From Guillardia theta CCMP2712 (lineage: Eukaryota; Protista; Cryptophyta): DNA of 64,000 bases. The stretch's first letter is position 1. Every line of letters starts with the position of its first letter. The notes under the pieces are model-generated. The model made no database searches, was not told where the DNA came from, and saw only the letters and a list, made by a program, of their open reading frames with translations. Where the stretch lies: positions 1,119,537-1,183,536 of the forward strand of contig NW_005434666.1 in the NCBI RefSeq assembly GCF_000315625.1, written 5' to 3'. Below, one piece after another: positions 52,088 through 62,830 of the stretch. Both the position numbers and the translations under genes were made by a program.

Positions 52088-52659
52088 GTCTTAGAGGTGG
52101 ACAAGAGGCGGAGCGGAGCTGTGGGCCCCAAGGGGGGAAGGAGGAAGAAATAAATGAGGTGGACACGGGGCAAGCAACGAAGGTAAGGCAGGTAAGCCGG
52201 TGGGGGAGGGGGGAGGGGGGGGCGGGGGGGGAGGAGGCCGGGCGGCGACCGGCCGGGCTTTCGGGCCCGGTCCGGACCGAGGCCCGGCCCGGGGGAAGGG
52301 ACGTGAGTCCCAGGGACTCATCCACAACCCACTGCCACCTCACCCATCATCCACTCACCGGCCGAAGGCCGGCCGGAGCACCAACGAGTGCCGAGGCCGG
52401 GGAAGCAACACAAGTTAAGCAAGGTTGACCCATGCCAAGGCCGGCGGACGCAACTCCACTGGCTGAGGCTGGAGAAGACCATCAAGTACATCGGAGGAGA
52501 GAGCAGAGCAGAAGCACGGCTGCCATAAGGGCCAGCCAAGTCGGGCCGAACTGCCAGGTCACGAGATCCCTGTTAGACTAGAAAAAGGCAAGGTGATACC
52601 AAACCTTGAGATCCTTCCTAGCATTCTAATAAACTCAACTACTACTACTACTACTACTA
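50486..52659 (+). mobile_element. Element A: 5'-truncated, ORF1-only non-LTR retroelement with 3'UTR, AATAAA and (CTA)7 tail joined to GGGTTT
   Basis: ORF 50474-52087 homologous to the other ORF1s; AATAAA 52628-52633; (CTA)n 52639-52659; no ORF2. Confidence 0.8.
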
Positions 52660-52665
52660 GGGTTT

Positions 52666-54395
52666 CGGTTATTTCAGGCACCATGGCTGCACGCGTGGTG
52701 TAGGGGAAGCTGCCAGGGCGCCAAGGAAGCTGCAAGCGAGAGGTTTGTATACTTCAAATAGCTTTCTAAGTATGGTTCTTCAGTATGATGAAAATGTTCG
52801 CAACCTGCTGTATCGGAGATCATGCCAATACACGCAGAGCGGACTTGTGGATGCCTCTGTCCTCGAAGCTGATCTCGTCGAGAGGGTGAAGAGCTTCGCG
52901 AAGCGTTATCCGAACAGCAGGACAGCCCAGGCTTGCAAGGCTGTGGAGGGATGCACCCCCGACGCTATCGCAGAAGCCATCCGCTCGACATGTCAGCAGG
53001 AAGCTGCATCTTCGATGACTGCTGACAGCTCGCTGACGAGCTGCATGTCCTCTTGGCTTGACGGAGATGCTGCCTCCATTGTGATCCTCTCCAGGTCTGT
53101 AAACTCCAGCCTCTCTCCCTCGCTCTCCTCCTGTCGCTGCGCTGCGTCGCTGGTGCCCCGCTGACCAGCCGCCTCAGAGTCAGGCTCCTTGTCGAAGCCG
53201 ACTGCTTCGAGCTTGGTTGCTGCGCCTTCGAGATAGAAGGGCAGCTCCTTCATCATGCATCGAGCATCCTCCGTGGAGCCGAGGAGGATGCATAGCTTGG
53301 ACCCGTTCCAGGACTTGGTGTTCAAATCCTCCTCCATGTCGATGCCTTCAACGTTGATCTCGAGCCTGTTAGCGATCTCCAACAAGACTCTCTTGACTCT
53401 TGCGATAGACGTGTTGCCGCCGTTGCACAGCCCCTCCATCTCCTTCCTCGTGAAGCGACCAGATGCCGCCGTCGACTTGATGATGATCTTGATCTCCTTG
53501 CCGTCCTTGCCGCCTGCCTTCTTCTGCATCCTTGATGCCTTCTTCAACTTATTTCTGGACACAAAGCGATCAGCTGTCAACTCGACTGCGAGCGCCTCTC
53601 TGATCTTCGGGTCCTCGCTGAACAGAGTCAGGTGTACTCCCTCCATCGCTTCGCTCTCTCGGAAAGCTCGAAATGCTGTATCATTCGCCTCTGGGCAGCT
53701 CCGCCGAGACGATCCACTCCACCTCCCTCTGTCTCCAGATGACGTTGGCCCCTACAGCGATGAAGCCTTTCTGACCTAAGCCTTTGTGGACTTGCTGTCC
53801 TGGCGCCCCAGCGACCAGCATGCCTGCCAGCGGCTGGAGTTGGACCGCTGCAAGGGACTGGCGCAGCAGCTGATAGCGATAGACGGCAGCTATCTCAGCC
53901 GTTGTCATGCCGCCCAAGGTTAGCAGGTGGGTCAGCTCTGCCAAGCTGCCCCCTTTGCCCCAGGGTCCTCTCTTGGCTCGAATCTTGAAAGATCGATCGT
54001 GCACGATGCTCACATGTACAGCTGTGAACTTGCGACCATCGATCGCGAAGTCCTCTCTTCCCTGCCAGAGCTTCTCCGCTTGTGCATTGCGAAGGAAGGA
54101 AACAGTCACCGGGATCTCCTCAGCACTCGCTATCTCGGGTCTATACGGAGCCTTCCACATGATTGCTTTACTCTCTTGCACTGAGTCTACGATCAGTCCG
54201 ATCTCTTCGAATTTCTTCTTCAGCTTCTCTTCATGGTTGACATACACCGAGGAGATGCCCAGGAGAGTCATGGAGATGAAGGAAGTCACCTCGTTGCCTG
54301 CTGAGGCGGTGTATGTCTCGACCTTCTCCTTCTTGGCTTCTTCAATCTGCTGCATAAACCACTCTCTGGATGCGTCACTCCATCCAGTCATCGCT
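52666..54395. mobile_element. Element B: rearranged copy of the element D family (5' end on + at 52666-53000; rest of ORF1 inverted at 53001-54395)
   Basis: 52666-53000 nearly identical to 62949-63283; the reverse complement of 54395 downward matches 63306 onward. Confidence 0.9.
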
Positions 54396-54795
54396 AACCC
54401 GCTACTATTCTCGGGAGAACAATGGTCCCTCTCTGCAGCCCAAATTGGTTTCTAGTTTGCTCGCTGGCATACCTCGTGCCTTGGAGCCATGCTATTTGAA
54501 ATCTGTCTTCCGCTGGTTCTAAATTTCGGTTTACCTCAACGATTAATGCCTCCATAACGTCCTCAGAGAGAAATCCATCTTCTCCTGAGTTGAGCAGCGC
54601 CGCTGCTCCGTACTCTCTATTGTTTTCCCGTAGACTCCAGGGGATCTCCCCTATCAAGTCGAATGTTTGTATTTTTCTGTTTTTTGGATTTTCTTTGTCA
54701 TTCTTTTTCTCACCTTCTTGTCTCTTTCTGCTTGATTCCACCACGCCCTGGTGCCCACTGTCCCACCTGCCCTCTCCTCCTCCTCCTGCTTCCAT
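54394..54795 (-). CDS. Truncated N-terminus of putative ORF2; possible Ulp1/C48-like protease start
   Basis: LLNSGEDGFLSEDVMEALI...IVLPRIVAG resembles the C48 WLxDxVI...xxxPxxxxxHW region; cut at the junction before the expected His. Confidence 0.35.
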   Translation of the reverse strand: MEAGGGGEGRWDSGHQGVVESSRKRQEGEKKNDKENPKNRKIQTFDLIGEIPWSLRENNREYGAAALLNSGEDGFLSEDVMEALIVEVNRNLEPAEDRFQIAWLQGTRYASEQTRNQFGLQRGTIVLPRIVAG

Positions 54796-56987
54796 TAGGC
54801 GTCAAGCGGCGCGGTTGGGGAGGAGTCAAGCGACATCTCTTCCACTTCTACCGCTCTGCTCCCTGCTTCGGGTGCATCTTCCACTCGCGCGTCTTCCATC
54901 TGTATCTCACTGCTCAAAACAAGTTTCAATTCGTTTCTGTCTCCCAGCATTCCTACGAGGGAGAGCGCCGTTTCCTGCTCTTGCGTTTCGCTACCTTCCA
55001 CGTATGCTTGCCTGCAATCACCCTGACTCGTTCACGCAGTCGCTTGCTCACGGCATTCTCTGCCGCGTTGGCACCCTTATCAGCCCACTCTTGTAGCGTG
55101 GGGAAGGATGCATTTCCTGGGCTCTCCGGAGCCATCTCTTGCACCGCGTCATCAAGATGGAGTTGAAGCTGCCCTTGCTGTTGCAGCTCGCTCCTAGTTA
55201 GGTCAGCAATAGTTTCCTTAAGTTCTTCGACGACCACGTCCGTTCCCGCATCTGGGAGGTTGGTTTCATTGATAATGGAACTGAGCTCGATCTCTGTCCA
55301 CACAGTTCCCTCTGCTCTGGTCCCCGTCGTTTGTGACCTGGCCTCAGGGTTAGACTGATCGCGAGTTGCCTGAGGCGACACTTTGAGGTTCAGACTGCTC
55401 GCTGTCGTTTGGATTTCAACTGTGCCTTGCCAGCAGAGGAGCTGTGTGGGGAATTCAGCCATCATCTTTCTTGCACTACTTTCACTGCGTAGCCGGAGAA
55501 TGATACCAGACCCATCCCAGATCCCTGTTTCTGGATCGCATTGGAGGTGGATCCGTTGGAGATCTTTTTCCACCTGTGGATCAAAGCAAGCGACAGCCCT
55601 CCGAATGTTTCGGATGACTTTTGCTCTGCCCGTTTCGTCACTTGCGCAGATTTTTTCAATCTCATTTCGGGAGAACTTCCCTGACGGCACAGGAGAGGAG
55701 ATTTGTACCGAGTACAGCATCTCTGCTCCCGTTGCCATTGCCGTGCCCTCTTGTCGCACCGCATTCTTCATATTCTTGTGCAGCGCCGTTGCTTCCATCT
55801 GCACTGAGAACCATTTCAGTATTTTGTCATTCTCTGAGACCAGTCCCAAAGTGACTCCTGCACGATCCTTTCCATGTCGATCGAATGCTTGAAGAACGAT
55901 GTCCGCTGCTTCAAGGCTCGAGCACGTTGCGATCCAGTCGACCTCTCTGTTCTGGTTGACTGTTTCTATTCCTACCGCAGCGAACACCTTCTTTGGCGGT
56001 AGGTTCCTCTTGGGGGGGAGGTTCACTGTCATTCCCGCGTTTGGGATCAGATCAATGATCGCTAATCCCTGCTTCAGGCATAGCTGCCTGTAGATCTCAC
56101 ATATGTCACCTGTGCTCGAATCGTTGAGCCTCAGGAGTTGGGCCACCTCAGCTAGGATTCCAACTCTGCCCATGTTCTCCTTCTTTGGCCGCATCTTGAA
56201 CGAGATCGGTGGGTTGGCTGCTGGGTTCACTGCTAGAATCCTCCTGCCTGCCACCTTGAAGGTACCCTCTCCTTTCCAGAGTTTCTCAGCCGCCTCATTG
56301 CGGACAAATGTGATCACTGCTGGGATCTCCGCTGCCTGCACAAGGTCAGGCTTCAAGGGAGCCTTGAAGATCAGGCTCCTGCTATCTTGCGTCTGATCGA
56401 CGATCAAGCCTTGCTCTTCAAGCTTGAGGCATAAGTTTTCCACCTGTCTGGAAAAGTATGCAGGGATCCCAAGTACCTTCATGGTAATCGTCTGCACATT
56501 GGTGCCCTGATCATCATATGATCTGGCCTCCATCTGCCTTTGTCTGTCAGCTTGGAACTCTGACAGGTACCACTGCTTGACATCGTCACCCCACTGCCTG
56601 AGCCCTTTCGGATTCTCCAGTGACGAGGGTTCAGCAAAGCTGCATGTCTGACTGATGGCTTCGGCTAAGGCTTCCAAGGATATTTCTTTTGCTTTCAGAG
56701 CTTTGCTCGTCCTGCTTTTGGGGTTCTGCCTTGCGAATTCATCCAGTCTCCGCATCAGTTCGGCTGATGACGGCATCGTTGCAGCTTCCGTCTGCCTCTT
56801 GAGGTAGCTGGAGGTACGGTACTGCACGATCTCGTCAGGGTTCACAATAGATATTGGCCACATGTTTCGAAGCATTCTCGATGGTTTCCCGAGCTTCCTG
56901 CGTTCCTGGCGACTCTTGCTCTACCACGCAGGGATCCCGCTGATCTGCATGCCTCAGATAAAGGGATCCTTCCGATAAAGGGATCCT
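54396..56987 (-). mobile_element. Element C: 5' end, full ORF1 and the start of a second ORF; 3'-truncated by fusion to B
   Basis: Begins directly after (TTTAGGG)n on the - strand; duplicated AGGATCCCTTTATC at the 5' end. Confidence 0.8.
54953..56875 (-). CDS. ORF1-family protein of element C (640 aa, divergent paralog)
   Basis: FARQNPKSRTSKA..AEAISQTC, FKAPLKPDL..EIPAVITFVRNEAAEKLWKG, PNAGM, REVDWI, GKFSRNEIEKIC and WDGS align with A, B and D. Confidence 0.85.
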   Translation of the reverse strand: MLRNMWPISIVNPDEIVQYRTSSYLKRQTEAATMPSSAELMRRLDEFARQNPKSRTSKALKAKEISLEALAEAISQTCSFAEPSSLENPKGLRQWGDDVKQWYLSEFQADRQRQMEARSYDDQGTNVQTITMKVLGIPAYFSRQVENLCLKLEEQGLIVDQTQDSRSLIFKAPLKPDLVQAAEIPAVITFVRNEAAEKLWKGEGTFKVAGRRILAVNPAANPPISFKMRPKKENMGRVGILAEVAQLLRLNDSSTGDICEIYRQLCLKQGLAIIDLIPNAGMTVNLPPKRNLPPKKVFAAVGIETVNQNREVDWIATCSSLEAADIVLQAFDRHGKDRAGVTLGLVSENDKILKWFSVQMEATALHKNMKNAVRQEGTAMATGAEMLYSVQISSPVPSGKFSRNEIEKICASDETGRAKVIRNIRRAVACFDPQVEKDLQRIHLQCDPETGIWDGSGIILRLRSESSARKMMAEFPTQLLCWQGTVEIQTTASSLNLKVSPQATRDQSNPEARSQTTGTRAEGTVWTEIELSSIINETNLPDAGTDVVVEELKETIADLTRSELQQQGQLQLHLDDAVQEMAPESPGNASFPTLQEWADKGANAAENAVSKRLRERVRVIAGKHTWKVAKRKSRKRRSPS

Positions 56988-57039
56988 CTAAACCCTAAAC
57001 CCTAAACCCTAAACCCTAAACCCTAAACCCTAAACCCTA
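56988..57039 (-). repeat. Interstitial telomeric tract, ~7 units of (TTTAGGG) on the - strand, between elements E and C
   Basis: (CCCTAAA)6 plus partial units on +, immediately followed by (TAG)7. Confidence 0.97.
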
Positions 57040-58900
57040 GTAGTAGTAGTAGTAGTAGTCGATTTTATTAGACTCCTAGTCAAGAGTTTCCTAGCTAAGA
57101 ACTATTGCTCTTTGCTCATCTCTCGCCTAATGATCCGTCTAAAGGGGTTCCCAACCTTGGGAGGTTGGCCCATTTTCCTATAGGCCCCTTAGGCCTGGTT
57201 GCTTCCGTATTACTTGTTTTCAGTAACGATGTCCTCCGGGCCCGTTCCAATTCCGATCCCGGTCCCTTCCTTATTTTCGCTAAGTGTCGTTGCACCTTCC
57301 TGCCCCTTCCCCCCCCCAACATGTAGCCCTTCTCTTCTTCCTTTCATGCGGCCCATGACCATGCGCCATGGATGGTTTGCCCATGAGCCGCGCTTGCCCC
57401 CATCGGACTACATCGACTCTCTTACCCTTCTTGCCGTCCATAGCGTATGTTGTACCTCCAGCAGTTGCTTGATTGCTTCTGTCTTGATGCCTTCCCATTC
57501 CGTGTCCTCAACCCTTAGCCTCCTGAAATTCTCATGCCATTCCCTCTCCATGATCGATCCTTTCACTCCTGCTATGAATGTTGCTTGTTCCACTTCGTGG
57601 TCAGGTAGCAAAGCTGTGATTTCTGCTCGTAGGGGGGCATATTTCTCTTCCTTTTCCTGAAATTTCTTCTTCAGGCATTCCAGACTTGTTTGTTCGACTC
57701 CGTCATATTCCGATGTCCTTGCAAATTCGATGAGGACAATGCGTTTGATGCTTGCAAAGTAGCAGCAACCGTCTGGTATCCATTGCCCTTCTTGGTGCAT
57801 GGAAGTCCCCATCGCTTCCATCACGATGCGAATTGGAGTTTCCCACCATGAATTGACCTGTACCCTTTGTTTCCTCCAACTCTGCTGCAGTCTTACCTTG
57901 ATCTTCTTCATGACTTGATTGTGTGCTTGTTGAATCATATCTTGGAACTGCCTGCACGCAAGCTGCACATGACCCCAGGTTTCTTCTCGGTCTGGGCAGT
58001 GAGGACAACATGGTGAGTTGGTCTTCCCCCATTGAAAGAGCTTCTTCCTCGTCGGTGCTGAGAAGGTTATCGCTTGGATAGCTGTTCGCGTAACTGAACC
58101 CAGGCTTTGTTTTAGCGCTTTGCCTAAGAGATTTCTTCCCACATGCATTTCGAGCATGAATTTCTCTGTCAAGGTGAGGTCTCCCGCTCGAATCCTTGCC
58201 ACCATTGTCTGTTGTCTGATAATGTAGTCCCATTTCTTCAAGCGATCGAATCCTGATGTAGGATTTTCTTCTCCTGCAATGATGAATTCCATTGGGCTAT
58301 CGTAGATTGCTTTCTCCCATCCCGAGGCAACTGTTTGTTTCCCTTGCTTGGCCATTTCCTTTGCCTCTTGAATATGTCTATGAGATTCTTTTGCTAGTTG
58401 GAGTCGGATCCTGATTCCCCTTCCTTCGAGTTTCTTCATGCAAGTGAGTAACCGATCATGTAAGTCCTCCAGCAGTTCGTCTTCGTATCGCATGGTATCC
58501 ATTCGCAACGTATTTGTCGTAAAGCGGTGGAAACGTGTGGACTGGTACATTATTGTGACTTGATTTCCCCTTTTGATCTGTATTCCTTCCTCAAGGACAT
58601 GTTGCAGAAGTAAGCCAATTGCGATTGTGTTCGCTCGGATGATGCTGCACTTCCCATTGATTTTCATCCCTCCTCCTGACGTCATCTCTTGTTGTTGGAG
58701 AACATATCCTATTCGCATGGATCTGTTTTTTCTGCCCTGCATGATGTCTCCTTCAATAGCTGCTGTGAAATGCCTTCCGCCTTGATGATTGCTGCGCGGC
58801 TGGATCTGATCCCTTCGTCTGTTACACAGCTCATAGCGTTGTCGCTCTCAACTGACCCCTCTGGTTTCCAATAGTTTTCTGTGGGGGTATCCTTCCACAT
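57038..58900 (-). mobile_element. Element E: 3' part of an RLE-type non-LTR retrotransposon with AATAAA and (CTA)7 tail
   Basis: The - strand ends CTAATAAAATCGA(CTA)7GGGTTTAGGG; upstream ORF carries CCHC and PD-(D/E)xK-type motifs. Confidence 0.88.
57408..58900 (-). CDS. ORF2 C-terminus: degenerate RNase H-like region, CCHC knuckle and restriction-like endonuclease (frameshift near 58750)
   Basis: CPHCPDREETWGHVQLAC; QAHNQV (RHN equivalent); WIPDGC..IVLIEFAR; KEEKY; FIAGVKGSI; RNase H-like CVTDEG and IRLQLAK..EAKEMAKQG. Confidence 0.85.
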
Positions 58901-59161
58901 ATGTGAATAGCAAATGGCAGTTGGGGGACCTATTTGAGGGGGTAGGGTACTTCCTGGTAGAAAATATCTGTACCAACGGTACAACTGTGGTGGTACTATA
59001 TGAAGTACCATAGGAAAACTTGTACCACAACGGCTTATGGTCTACATTTCAAAGTTCAAACATCAATACTTTGGACCCACCTCTTTCCCTGAGCTAGCGG
59101 GGTCTAGGACGGGGTCAAATCAACATGGACCCTACCCTCCAAGGTACTTCCTGGATTTGCA

Positions 59162-60339
59162 ATGCGCAGACGTGATGCATCAGCTGCAGGAGAGCTTAGG
59201 CGAAGACAAAGAGAGGCAAGAATCCGAGAATCTGCTGATGAGCGCCTTGAAAACAAGCAGCCTCCGCCCCAACTCACGATCCCACTGCAAATATGTCAGA
59301 CCCAGAGGCCCCATCCTCGAGCTGTGGAGGACTCGGACGATCAGCGGTTTGCTGCAGGGACCGCTGTTATCTTTCGAGATATTGACTCACATGAGCAACT
59401 AGGGATCGTCAAGCATGTCAAGGAAGAGACATGTACTATCGTGTGGTTGTATAGGAAAACTTTGCTGCAAAGAGTCAGTCATGAGGGCGGGCTGAACAAT
59501 TCTCATCAATTTACAAAATATGTGGATGGTCTCGGAGAAAACCAGTGCCTTCAATCTATCTATACTGATGAGGTGCCACATGAAGACATCCTTGAGCACG
59601 CTTGTATAGAATTTCCACAATTTTGTGCTCCAGCTACTTTACGGTTGACGCCTCGCACTGGAAACACCTACCAGCGAGAGAATGCAGCAGAAAGAATAGA
59701 TTCATTTCGTAAAGAATACGATATACCAAGGTCGGGCCAACTTTTCTTCGTCATTGGTTGGATCATGTTTATTGAAAACAATCGGAGGCGAGAATCTGTA
59801 CGGTGGGGCAATTTCAGACCTTGTCTTGCCTCGGAAGTTTTGCGAACGCCATGTGCGACAACAATCTGGGTATCAATAGAGAGGGAAATGTTTACTTGGC
59901 TTGCATACAGATCAGCACTGGGGTATCCTTCCAGCGTGAGAAAACGTGGATTTGAAGTCAAAAATGTCAGCGTGCGACAAATCATTGAGGACTTGCCGCT
60001 TGCTTTTCAGAGACAAGTGGAATGCAAGCGTAAGAATGGGCGGCACTATTCCTGGATTTTGCCTGAAACACTTGGGAGGCAGGAGATGTTCAAACGAAAC
60101 TATCTAGCAATACCAACAATTGATACACCTCTTGTAATTCGCGAGTCAGGTGTTGCCATTTACATCAAATTTCCTATTTTTTTTGTTGTCAAGAGTGAAA
60201 GCTTATTCATTGAGGTGATGAAAGTTATTATGATGAATATTACTTCACAAGCTGACATGGACTTCATCCCTTGTAGGTCAACAGACTTGTACTGTTAGGC
60301 GCATCAAGAGAAGAAATTTGGACTTATCCTCCTGAATAA
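59162..60339 (+). CDS. BAH-like domain protein with unknown C-terminal domain; intron 60215-60276
   Basis: LGIVKHV..TIVWLYRK..GENQCLQSIYTDEVPHEDILEHACI resembles BAH. The GT..GCTGAC..TAG intron gives the tail VNRLVLLGASREEIWTYPPE*, matching MWNFPP of the 49-kb paralog. Confidence 0.7.
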
Positions 60340-62635
60340 CTCGGTAGTAGGTTTATAACATAGCTTGTTCAATTTGCACAGCACTTAAGGTCGAGAGCCA
60401 TGATGCCGACATGTACAGACAGGTTGCATGTTTCCATTCCATTGGGTTCTCGACTGGATTTGTTTGTACCAGGCTAGCCTGTTTGTACCGAGGTATAATT
60501 GAGTTTTACCGAGCATTTCCCGTGGGCCGGCAGAGCTCCCTCGACTATCACCTCTACACCACCCGTATGTCTCAGAAGAGATGAAGTCAGGGTAGGTAGT
60601 CTGATTTCAGGAGTGGGCGAGAATCATAAAAGTCTTGGGCATTCTGGTAGTGGAATTGACGCTGAAAAGCAATCTCTTCGATTGCCGTTAGGATTCGAAC
60701 GCGTGGTCAAACAGCACCCACCTGAGCTAGAGTCTTATACTCGAGGGGGGTGGCCGCGATGTGGGTTTGAATCGCCACGCCTTTGACCCCATTATTTCCA
60801 CTCCAAACCTCCTTTTCGCGTAGGGTGGGTCACACTCTCGAGCGTTGCGAGTTTTACGGTTCGAATTTGACCAAGGTTCACCCTCTACCCCCCAGTCTCT
60901 GAATTTCAAATGGGAAAATGATGGGTAGGGGGTCCCCCCATTTGTCTCCACTCCAGCCCCCCCCCTCCCTCGACGAACAAGAGATGGTGAGATTGTCCCA
61001 TTGACGCGCGTAAGGACGATAATGAACAATGTGAGACTTCGAATCTAACCATGCATTGATATGCAGGAAACGAAGATACGGTTACTTGTCTATTTGTGAT
61101 GACTTGGTCTCTTCTGTGAAATTCAAGAAGTAGCAAGAGATTTGAACTCAACATCTCTTCCTCAACATAAAGCCAATGCAACATCTCTATCATTACCACG
61201 CTGCCTCAAATTGCACTAAGACCACTTAGATCACTTAGCTTAGGCCGAAGATGATGTCAAAGCTGAGCAAAAAATTCAAATTCTTGCACAATGACGATTC
61301 ATTCAAAATGTTCAAGTGTAATTTCAGAATGGACAGAAGATGGCATAGCAACAGCCGATCTCAGCATGTATTTTGAAACTGTGATGGTAAGCAAAAACAT
61401 CATACGAAACAGTGTCTACCTTGTGTTTCTCTCTGTCTCATGGTCTACGGTATCCTTCGTGGCACAAACCTACATGGCCAGTGAGTTGCATCGGGAACAC
61501 TGTAGATGTGCTGATTGGACAATGGCAGGTACATGATATGGTTGGCGATATTCAGAGTTTTAAGAAGATAATCGTTTGTATCAGATGCTTGCTTCAGACG
61601 TGTCGATATGAGATTCCTTTCTACGCTGATAATCACGGCAGTGAATCGTATCATCGTGTTACTGCGGCATTGCCGATGATGTTGATGAAGCATCTTTCAT
61701 GACAACCCGTGCAAATGCTTATTCTCTCTGCAAATCCTTTCTCGCAATTGCTCCAACCATGCAATTTCAGGAAAGTGTCTTGCACACTCCGAGATAGTAT
61801 TGCATGTTTGACATCTAGGCTGTGATACCAGGGATCAAGCGATATATAGAGTAGGCAAAGGCTGTATCAGTCATGCAAACTTGAATCTGCGTAATAACAG
61901 TTTCTGAAGATTGTTTATTTGCCAACAAATAAAAGATGCTTCACCATGATGGTGATTACTGTGGTCCCTTGTATACAACAGCTCTGAAGCAGCACTGTCC
62001 TGGTAGTAGCGGCTCACAGAACACAAAGCACGCAATGGACAGGAGGAACTTCGGGAGGATGTCACAGTAGACCGTATAACACTCTGAGATACACTTTTCA
62101 AAAGAAGGAGATGCAAACAAATAGAATGATGTTGCATGCAAATCGAAACAGAGGTGTCAGGATCCTAAATGAATCATGTTGGCAACAAGGTTTGAATTTT
62201 CACCAAAGACAATTGAAACTCTACTGATCACAATAGGGATGACAATGAGGATGTGTAAACAATCACATCTGCTAAGCGTTGCTATTTGTTGCCAAGCGGA
62301 AACGCACCTGTGAACAACCTGGCATAGATCATCGTGATCTTCATGATAGCGGATTCAACAACCAGGAGTTAAAAGAACCCGTAAGCCCAGGGTGCTATTT
62401 GTCCATCGAACTTCAATCGAACTCTGAAGTTGAGATAGGAAGGAACTTTGAATCTTCAAGAACAGGGGTTTATGTAAACTGGAAGGTGGCACATCTTGAA
62501 AGTCAATGTTTTCATTGGGCTTATGCGTGTTGCAACCCCAGGAAACAATCATCGTTGGCGCGACATGCGTACATGTAACCAATCTGATTTCACACATCCA
62601 AAAAATTTGCTAACACTTTGAAATTTGAAGGGAAG

Positions 62636-62830
62636 GTTTGTTTGTTTGTCCGTGCTGTTCGTTTGTTTGTTTGTCCGTGCTGTTCGTTCGTTTGTTTGTC
62701 CGTACTGTTCGTTTGTTTGTTTGTCCGTGCTGTTCGTTTGTTTGTTTGTCCGTACTGTTCGTTTGTTTGTTTGTCCGTACTGTTCGTTTGTTTGTTTGTC
62801 CGTACTGTTTGTTTGTTCGTTTGTCCGTAC
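62636..62830 (+). repeat. 25-bp tandem repeat (~8x GTTTGTTTGTTTGTCCGTRCTGTTC) abutting a telomeric tract
   Basis: Read directly; ends ..CCGTAC-TAGGG. Confidence 0.92.

Noticed and set aside
52666-54395. Twin-priming 5' inversion
   Set aside because: Segment order (sense 5' part, then inverted downstream part) is not the twin-priming pattern
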